This document shows, in pieces, positions 52,001 to 61,800 of a stretch of 64,000 nt of DNA (position 1 is its first letter; each line of letters begins with the position of its first letter). Origin of the DNA: Balanoglossus misakiensis (lineage: Eukaryota; Animalia; Hemichordata); the NCBI GenBank assembly GCA_040954595.2, contig CM082591.2, positions 10,681,309-10,745,308 of the forward strand, given 5' to 3'. The notes beneath the pieces are model-generated. The model was given only the letters and a program-made list of their open reading frames with translations, searched no databases and was not told the DNA's origin. The translations under genes and the position numbers were made by a program.

Positions 52001-55000
52001 TAGACCTATCATGTGTTCTGCGCATCACAACAGAATTTTGTAAACAAACGAGGCTGTGTTTGGAAGCAACTATGGAAACTTTAGAACTTTCCGTCGATCT
52101 ACAGAGTCTAGTGGAAAACTTTCTTATGCGCATAGACCTATCATGTGTTCTGCGCATCACAACAGAATTTTGTAAACAAACGAGGCTGTGTTTGGAAGCA
52201 ACCATGGAAACTTTAGAACTATCCGTCGTTCTACAGAGTCTAGAGGAAAACTTTCTTATCCTCATAGGCCTATCATGTGTTCTGCGCATCACAACAGAAT
52301 TTTGTAAACAAACGAGGCTGTGTTTGGAAGCAACCATGGAAACTTTAGAACTATCCGTCGATCTACAGAGTCCAGTGGAAAACTTTCTTATCCTCATAGG
52401 CCTATCATGTGTTCTGCGCATCACAACAGAATTTTGTAAACAAACGAGGCTGTGTTTGGAAGCAACCATGGAAACTTTAGAACTATCCGTCGTTCTGCAG
52501 AGTCTACAGGAAAACTTTCTTATCCTCATAGGCCTATCATGTGTTCTGCGCATCACAACAGAATTTTGAAAAACAAACGAGGCTGTGTTTTGAAGCAACC
52601 ATGGAAACTTCAGAACTATCCGTCGATCTACAGAGTCTAGTGGAAAACTTTCTTATGCGCATAGACCTGTCATGTGTTCTGCGCATCACAACAGAATTTT
52701 GTAAACAAACGAGGCTGTGTTTGGAAGCAACCATGGACACTTTAGAACTATCCGTCGATCTACAGAGTCTAGAGGAAAACTTTCTTATGCGCATAGACCT
52801 ATCATGTGTTCTGCGCATCACAACAGAATTTTGTAAACAAACGAGGCTGTGTTTGGAAGCAACCATGGAAACTTTAGAACTATCCGTCGATCTACAGAGT
52901 CCAGTGGAAAAATTTTCTTATCCTCATAGGCCTATCATGTGTTCTGCGCATCACAACAGAATTTTGTAAACAAACGAGGCTGTGTTTGGAAGCAACAATG
53001 GAAACTTTAGAACTATCCGTCGATCTACAGAGTCTAGTGGAAAACTTTCTTATCCTCATAGACCTATCATGTGTTCTGCGCATCACAACAGAATTTTGTA
53101 AACAAACGAGGCTGTGTTTGGAAGCAACCATGGAAACTTTAGAACTATCCGTCGATCTACAGAGTCTATTGGAAAACGTTCTTATCCTCATAGACCTATC
53201 ATGTGTTCTGCGCATCACAACAGAATTTTGTAAACAAACGAGGCTGTGTTTGGAAGCAACCATGGAAACTTTAGAACTATCCGTCGTTCTACAGAGTCTA
53301 TTGGAAAACTTTCTTATCCTCATAGACCTATCATGTGTTCTGCGCATCACAACAGAATGTTTTAAACAATCGAGGCTGTGTTTGGAAGCAACCATGGAAA
53401 CTTTAGAACTATCCGTCGATCGACAGAGTCTAGTGGAAAACTTTCTTATGCGCATAGACCTATCATGTGTTCTGCGCATCACAACAGAATTTTGTAAACA
53501 AACGAGGCTGTGTTTGGAAGCAACTATGGAAACTTTAGAACTTTCCGTCGATCTACAGAGTCTAGTGGAAAACTTTCTTATGCGCATAGACCTATCATGT
53601 GTTCTGCGCATCACAACAGAATTTTGTAAACAAACGAGGCTGTGTTTGGAAGCAACCATGGAAACTTTAGAACTATCCGTCGTTCTACAGAGTCTAGAGG
53701 AAAACTTTCTTATCCTCATAGGCCTATCATGTGTTCTGCGCATCACAACAGAATTTTGTAAACAAACGAGGCTGTGTTTGGAAGCAACCATGGAAACTTT
53801 AGAACTATCCGTCGATCTACAGAGTCCAGTGGAAAACTTTCTTATCCTCATAGGCCTATCATGTGTTCTGCGCATCACAACAGAATTTTGTAAACAAACG
53901 AGGCTGTGTTTGGAAGCATCCATGCGCATAGACCTATCATGTGTTCTGCGCATCACAACAGAATTTTGTAAACAAACGAGGCTGTGTTTGGAAGCAACCA
54001 TGGAAACTTTAGAACTATCCGTCGTTCTGCAGAGTCTACAGGAAAACTTTCTTATCCTCATAGGCCTATCATGTGTTCTGCGCATCACAACAGAATTTTG
54101 AAAAACAAACGAGGCTGTGTTTGGTAGCAACCATGGAAACTTTAGAACTATCCGTCGATCTACAGAGTCCAGTGGAAAACTTTCTTATCCTCATAGACCT
54201 ATCATGTGTTCTGCGCATCACAACAGAATTTTGTAAACAAACGAGGCTGTGTTTGGAAGCAACCATGGAAACTTTAGAACTATCCGTCGATCGACAGAGT
54301 CTAGTGGAAAACTTTCTTATGCGCATAGACATATCAGGTGTTGTGCGCATCACAACAGAATTTTGTAAACAAACGAGGCTGTGTTTGGAAGCAACCATGG
54401 AAACTTTAGAACTATCCGTCGATCTACAGAGTCTAGTGGAAAACTTTCTTATGCGCATAGACCTATCATGTGTTCTGCGCATCACAACAGAATTTTGTAA
54501 ACAAACGAGGCTGTGTTTGGAAGCAACCATGGAAACTTTAGAACTATCCGTCGTTCTACAGAGTCTAGAGGAAAACTTTCTTATCCTCATAGGCCTATCA
54601 TGTGTTCTGCGCATCACAACAGAATTTTGTAAACAAACGAGGCTGTGTTTGGAAGCAACCATGCGCATAGACCTATCATGTGTTCTGCGCATCACAACAG
54701 AATTTTGTAAACAAACGAGGCTGTGTTTGGAAGCAACCATGGAAACTTTAGAACTATCCGTCGTTCTGCAGAGTCTACAGGAAAACTTTCTTATCCTCAT
54801 AGGCCTATCATGTGTTCTGCGCATCACAACAGAATTTTGAAAAACAAACGAGGCTGTGTTTGGAAGCAACCATGGAAACTTCAGAACTATCCGTCGATCT
54901 ACAGAGTCTAGTGGAAAACTTTCTTATGCGCATAGACCTGTCATGTGTTCTGCGCATCACAACAGAATTTTGTAAACAAACGAGGCTGTGTTTGGAAGCA

Positions 55001-55700
55001 ACCATGGACACTTTAGAACTATCCGTCGATCTACAGAGTCTAGAGGAAAACTTTCTTATGCGCATAGACCTATCATGTGTTCTGCGCATCACAACAGAAT
55101 TTTGTAAACAAACGAGGCTGTGTTTGGAAGCAACAATGGAAACTTTAGAACTATCCGTCGATCTACAGAGTCTAGTGGAAAACTTTCTTATCCTCATAGA
55201 CCTATCATGTGTTCTGCGCATCACAACAGAATTTTGTAAACAAACGAGGCTGTGTTTGGAAGCAACCATGGAAACTTTAGAACTATCCGTCGATCTACAG
55301 AGTCTATTGGAAAACGTTCTTATCCTCATAGACCTATCATGTGTTCTGCGCATCACAACAGAATTTTGTAAACAAACGAGGCTGTGTTTGGAAGCAACCA
55401 TGGAAACTTTAGAACTATCCGTCGTTCTACAGAGTCTATTGGAAAACTTTCTTATCCTCATAGACCTATCATGTGTTCTGCGCATCACAACAGAATTTTT
55501 TAAAGAATCGAGGCTGTGTTTGGAAGCAACCATGGAAACTTTAGAACTATCCGTCGATCGACAGAGTCTAGTGGAAAACTTTCTTATGCGCATAGACCTA
55601 TCATGTGTTCTGCGCATCAGAACAGAATTTTGTAAACAAACGAGGCTGTGTTTGGAAGCAACTATGGAAACTTTAGAACTTTCCGTCGATCTACAGAGTC
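49040..55700. repeat. Irregular 1.45-1.67-kb higher-order repeat block marked by 1-bp insertions
   Basis: TTTTGAAAAAC occurs at about 49445, 51110, 52564, 54096 and 54835, with linked variants ACTTCAGAAC, GACCTGTC, ATGGACAC and GAACTTTCC. Spacings are 1665, 1454, 1532 and 739. Confidence 0.85.
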
Positions 55701-57777
55701 TAGTGGAAAACTTTCTTATGCGCATAGACCTATCATGTGTTCTGCGCGTCACAACAGAATTTTGTAAACAAACGAGGCTGTGTTTGGAAGCAACCATGGA
55801 AACTTTAGAACTATCCGTCGTTCTACAGAGTCTAGAGGAAAACTTTCTTATCCTCATAGGCCTATCATGTGTTCTGCGCATCACAACAGAATTTTGTAAA
55901 CAAACGAGGCTGTGTTTGGAAGCAACCATGGAGACTTTAGAACTTTCCGTCGATCTACAGAGTCTAGTGGAAAACTTTCTTATGCGCATAGACCTATCAT
56001 GTGTTCTGCGCATCACAACAGAATTTTGTAAACAAACGAGGCTGTGTTTGGAAGCAACCATGGAAACTTTAGAACTATCCGTCGATCTACAGAGTCTAGT
56101 GGAAAACTTCCTTATGCCCATAGGCCAATCATGTGTTCTGCGCATCACAACAGATTTCCTTAAATAAACGAGGCTGTGTTTGGAAGCAACCATGGAAATT
56201 TTAGAACTATCCGTCGATCGTCAGAGTCTAGTGGAAAACTTTCTTATGCGCATAGACCTATCATGTGTTCTGCGCATCACAACAGAATTTTGTAAACAAA
56301 CGAGGCTGTGTTTGGAAGCAACCATGGAAACTTTAGAACTATCCGTCGATCTACAGAGTGTAGTGGAAAACTTTCTTATGCGCATAGGCCTATCATGTGT
56401 TCTGCGCTTCACAACAGAATTCGGTAAATAAACGAGGGTGTGTTTGGAAGCAACCATGGAAACTTTAGAACTATCCGTCGTTCTGCAGAGTTTACAGAAA
56501 ACTTTCTTATCCTCATAGGCCTATCGTGTGTTCTGCGCATCACAACAGAATTTTGTAAACAAACGAGGCTGTGTTTGGAAGCAACCATGGAAACTTTAGA
56601 ACTATCCGTCGATCTACAGAGTCCAGTGGAAAACTTTCTTATCCTCATAGGCCTATCATGTGTTCTGCGCATCACAACAGAATTTTGTAAACAAACGAGG
56701 CTGTGTTTGGAAGCAACCATGGAAACTTTAGAATTATCCGTCGATCTACAGAGTCTAGTGGAAAACTTTCTTATGCGCATAGACCTATCATGTGTTCTGC
56801 GCATCACAACAGAATTTTGTAAACAAACGAGGCTGTGTTTGGAAGCAACCATGGAGACTTTAGAACTATCCGTCGATCTACAGAGTCTAGTGGAAAACTT
56901 TCTTATGCGCATAGACCTATCATGTGTTCTGCGCATCACAACAGAATTTTGTAAACAAACGAGGCTGTGTTTGGAAGCAACCATGGAAACTTTAGAACTA
57001 TCCGTCGTTCTGCAGAGTCTAGTGGAAAACTTTCTTATGCGCATAGGCCTATCTATGTGTTCTGCGCATCACAACAGAATTCGGTAAATAAACGAGGGTG
57101 TGTTTGGAAGCAACCATGGAAACTTTAGAACTATCCGTCGATCTACAGAGTCTAGTGGAAAACTTCCTTATGCCCATAGGCCAATCATGTGTTCTGCGCA
57201 TCACAACAGATTTCCTTAAATAAACGAGGCTGTGTTTGGAAGCAACCATGGAAATTTTAGAACTATCCGTCGATCGTCAGAGTCTAGTGGAAAACTTTCT
57301 TATGCGCATAGACCTATCATGTGTTCTGCGCATCACAACAGAATTTTGTAAACAAACGAGGCTGTGTTTGGAAGCAACCATGGAAACTTTAGAACTATCC
57401 GTCGATCTACAGAGTCTAGTGGAAAACTTTCTTATGCGCATAGACCTATCATGTGTTCTGCGCATCACAACAGAATTTTGTAAACAAACGAGGCTGTGTT
57501 TGGAAGCAACCATGGAAACTTTAGAACTATCCGTCGTCCTACAGAGTCTAGAGGTAAACTTTCTTATCCTCATAGGCATATCATGTGTTCTGCGCATCAC
57601 AACAGAATTTTGTAAACAAACGAGGCTGTGTTTGGAAGCAACCATGGAAACTTTAGAACTATCCGTCGATCTACAGAGTCCAGTGGAAAACTTTCTTATC
57701 CTCATAGGCCTATCATGTGTTCTGCGCATCACAACAGAATTTTGTAAACAAACGAGGCTGTGTTTGGAAGCAACAAT

Positions 57778-58782
57778 GCCGATCGCACTCATCGTGTCAA
57801 GATTGGAAATGTGTTTTCTCATCATTTGCAAGTGAAGTATGGCGTTCCACAGGGATCTGTCCTCGGGCCAATTTTATTCACGCTCTACACAGCACCACTA
57901 GAGGATATTATAGTAGGCCATAATCTTGACTACATGATGTACGCTGATGACACACAGTTGTACATTATCTGCAATAAACCTGAAGATGTTAGCGCCGGCG
58001 TTGAAATGTGCGTTGATGATATTCGCGGATGGATGAGAAGTAACATGCTGGTGCTGAACGATAACAAGACCGAAGTTATTCATTTTTCATCACGCTTGAA
58101 ACACGATATGGCAGAACTGCATAACCTCAGGATTGGTAAACATAACATCACTCCCTCTCCTTTCGTTCGGAATCTTGGTGTTATTCTCAACAGGGATGGC
58201 TTTATGTGTGAACATATCAGTCAACTTTGTAGGAACGCATATTTCTCTTTATCAAGAATCGGTAAAATTCGTAAATTACTCGACAAGCCCACTACCGAGA
58301 AACTCATTCATGCATTCGTTACCTCTAGACTCGACTATTGTAACAGTCTGTTCTATGGCATCTCAAATGACCAGCTGATCCGTCTGCAGTCTGTTCAAAA
58401 TGCAGCAGCCCGCCTCGTCACAGGTACACGCAAATATGACCACATCACCCCTGTTTTCATTGATTTACACTGGTTACCTGTGAAAGCTCGTATACAATTC
58501 AAAATTTTATTGACTACTTTTAAGATTGTTAGAGGTGATGCACCGCTTTATCTGACCGATTTAATTGATCTGTACGTACCGTCAAGAAATCTGCGATCTT
58601 CTGAGAAATTACGTTTAACTCCTCCTCGCGGATATTTTAATAAGTCCTACGGTCAGAGAGCTTTTTCGGTAGGTGCCCCTTTGCTGTGGAATGCACTGCC
58701 TTCAGAAATTCGTTGTGCCAGAAATACTACTTCTTTTAAACGTTGTTTGAAGACCCATCTTTTTAACAAGTTTTACTCGTAA
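57778..58782 (+). pseudogene. LINE ORF2 3' fragment: C-terminal half of RT plus C-terminal region
   Basis: Motifs are GVPQGSVLGP, YADDTQ, HAFVTSRLDYCNSL, VQNAAARL and HITPVFIDLHWLPV. The fragment starts just upstream of GVPQG, so the N-terminal RT motifs, including the first catalytic Asp, are lost. The frame is otherwise uninterrupted and collinear with the family A ORF, at about 60% aa identity by eye. Confidence 0.92.
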
Positions 58783-58880
58783 CTGTAGTAGTTGTTTTTT
58801 TTTGTATCTTTTTAATACTTTGTTCAGCGCACTGAGACGTTTGTGGAGTGCGTTTTTAAGAATTAAATATTATTATTATT
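57779..58880 (+). mobile_element. 5'-truncated non-LTR retrotransposon, L2/CR1 group (family B), about 1.10 kb
   Basis: The segment has a partial RT ORF, a 3' UTR with a stem-loop and a (TAT/TTA)n tail at 58868-58881. The target-site duplication is AATG (57775-57778 / 58881-58884). Confidence 0.95.
58826..58854 (+). other. LINE 3' UTR stem-loop (putative ORF2p recognition element)
   Basis: AGCGCACT (58826-58833) pairs with AGTGCGTT (58847-58854; one G-U pair) around the 13-nt loop GAGACGTTTGTGG. It is homologous to the family A hairpin. Confidence 0.85.
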
Positions 58881-58881
58881 A
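58868..58881 (+). repeat. (TAT/TTA)4-5 3' tail of LINE family B
   Basis: TATTATTATTATTA read directly, preceded by ATTAAA at 58862-58867. Confidence 0.9.
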
Positions 58882-61800
58882 ATGGAAACTTTAGAACTAT
58901 CCGTCGATCTACAGAGTCTAGTGGAAAACTTTCTTATGCGCATAGACCTATCATGTGTTCTGCGCATCACAACAGAATTTTGTAAACAAACGAGGCTGTG
59001 TTTGGAAGCAACCATGAAAACTTTAGAACTATCCGTCGATCTACAGAGTCTAGTGGAAAACTTTCTTATGCGCATAGACCTATCATGTGTTCTGCGCATC
59101 ACAACAGAATTTTGTAAACAAACGAGGCTGTGTTTGGAAGCAACCATGGAGACTTTAGAACTATCCGTCCATCTACAGAGTCTAGTGGAAAACTTTCTTA
59201 TGCGCATAGACCTATCATGTGTTCTGCGCATCACAACAGAATTTTGTAAACAAACGAGGCTGTGTTTGGAAGCAACCATGGAAACTTTAGAACTATCCGT
59301 CGTTCTGCAGAGTTTACAGAAAACTTTCTTATCCTCATAGGCCTATCGTGTGTTCTGCGCATCACAACAGAATTTTGTAAACAAACGAGGCTGTGTTTGG
59401 AAGCAACCATGGAAACTTTAGAACTATCCGTCGATCTACAGAGTCTAGTGGAAAGCTTTCTTATGCGCGTAGACCTATCATGTGTTCTGCGCATCACAAC
59501 AGAATTTTGTAAACAAACGAGGCTGTGTTTGGAAGCAACCATGGAAACTTTAGAACTATCCGTCGATCTACAGAGTCTAGTGGAGAGCTTTCTTATGCGC
59601 GTAGACCTATCATGTGTTCTGCGCATCACAACAGAATTTTGTAAACAAACGAGGCTGTGTTTGGAAGCAACCATGGAAACTTTAGAACTATCCGTCGTTC
59701 TACAGAGTCTAGAGGAAAACTTTCTCATCCTCATAGGCCTATCATGTGTTCTGCGCATCACAACAGAATTTTGTAAACAAACGAGGCTGTGTTTGGAAGC
59801 AACCATGGAAACTTTAGAACTATCCGTCGATCTACAGAGTCCAGTGGAAAACTTTATTATCCTCATAGGCTTATCATGTGTTCTGCGCATCACAACAGAA
59901 TTTTGTAAACAAACGAGGCTGTGTTTGGAAGCAACAATGGAAACTTTAGAACTATCCGTCGATCTACAGAGTCTAGTGGAAAACTTTCTCATGCGCATAG
60001 ACCTATCATGTGTTCTGCGCATCACAACAGAATTTTGTAAACAAACGAGGCTGTGGTTGAAAGCTACCATGGAAACTTTAGAACTATCCGTCGATCTACA
60101 GAGTCTAGTGGAAAACTTTCTTATGTGCATAGGTCTATCATGTGTTCTGCGCATCACAACATAATTTTTTAAACAATCGAGGCTGTGTTTGGAAGCAACC
60201 ATGGAAACTTTAGAACTATCCGTCGATCTACAGAGTGTAGTGGAAAAATTTCTTATGCGCATAGGCCTATCATGTGTTCTGTGCATCACAACAGAATTCG
60301 GTAAATAAACGAGGGTGTGTTTGGAAGCAAACATGGAAACTTTAGAACTATCCGTCGATCGACAGAGTCTAGTGGAAAACTTTCTTATGCGCATAGACCT
60401 ATCATGTGTTCTGCGCATCACAACAGAATTTTGTAAACAAACGAGGCTGTGTTTGGAAGCAACCATGGAAACTTTAGAACTATCCGTCGATCTACAGAGT
60501 CTAGTGGAAAACTTTCTTATGCGCATATGTGTTCTGCGCATCACAACAGAATTTTGTAAACAAACGAGGCTGTGTTTGGAAGCAACCTTGGAAACTTTAG
60601 AACTATCCGTCGTTCTACAGAGTCTAGAGGAAAACTTTCTTATGCGCATAGACCTATCATGTGTTCTGCGCATCACAACAGAATTTTGTAAACAAACGAG
60701 GCTGTGTTTGGAAGCAACCATGGAAACTTTAGAACTATCCGTCGTTCTACACAGTCTAGAGGAAAACTTCCTTATGCGCATAGGCCAATCATGTGTTCTG
60801 CGCATCACAACAGATTTCCTCAAATAAACGAGGCTGTGTTTGGAAGCAACCATGGAAACTTTAGAACTATCCGTCGATCTACAGAGTCTAGTGGAAAACT
60901 TTCTTATCCTCATAGACCTATCATGTGTTCTGCGCATCACAACATAATTTTGTAAACAACCGAGGCTGTGTTTGGAAGCAACCATGGAAACTTTAGAACT
61001 ATCCGTCGATCTACAAACAAACGAGGCTGTGTTTGGAAGCAACCATGGAAACTTTAGAACTATCCGTCGATCTACAGAGTCCAGTGGAAAACTTTATTAT
61101 CCTCATAGGCTTATCATGTGTTCTGCGCATCACAACAGAATTTTGTAAACAAACGAGGCTGTGTTTGGAAGCAACAATGGAAACTTTAGAACTATCCGTC
61201 GATCTACAGAGTCTAGTGGAAAACTTTCTCATGCGCATAGACCTATCATGTGTTCTGCGCATCACAACAGAATTTTGTAAACAAACGAGGCTGTGGTTGA
61301 AAGCTACCATGGAAACTTTAGAACTATCCGTCGATCTACAGAGTCTAGTGGAAAACTTTCTTATGTGCATAGGTCTATCATGTGTTCTGCGCATCACAAC
61401 ATAATTTTTTAAACAATCGAGGCTGTGTTTGGAAGCAACCATGGAAACTTTAGAACTATCCGTCGATCTACAGAGTGTAGTGGAAAAATTTCTTATGCGC
61501 ATAGGCCTATCATGTGTTCTGTGCATCACAACAGAATTCGGTAAATAAACGAGGGTGTGTTTGGAAGCAAACATGGAAACTTTAGAACTATCCGTCGATC
61601 GACAGAGTCTAGTGGAAAACTTTCTTATGCGCATAGACCTATCATGTGTTCTGCGCATCACAACAGAATTTTGTAAACAAACGAGGCTGTGTTTGGAAGC
61701 AACCATGGAAACTTTAGAACTATCCGTCGATCTACAGAGTCTAGTGGAAAACTTTCTTATGCGCATATGTGTTCTGCGCATCACAACAGAATTTTGTAAA

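Larger units (their letters stand above)
28873..57778. repeat. 132-bp tandem satellite array, segment 2
   Basis: The same monomer resumes in register at AACAATGGAAACTTTAG directly after the (TAA)n tail of LINE 1 and continues to GCAACAATG at 57778. Confidence 0.99.

Noticed and set aside
26894-58880. The two LINEs being copies of one insertion duplicated with the array
   Set aside because: Only about 60% aa identity, with different tails, TSDs and 5' truncation points, while the surrounding monomers are nearly identical.
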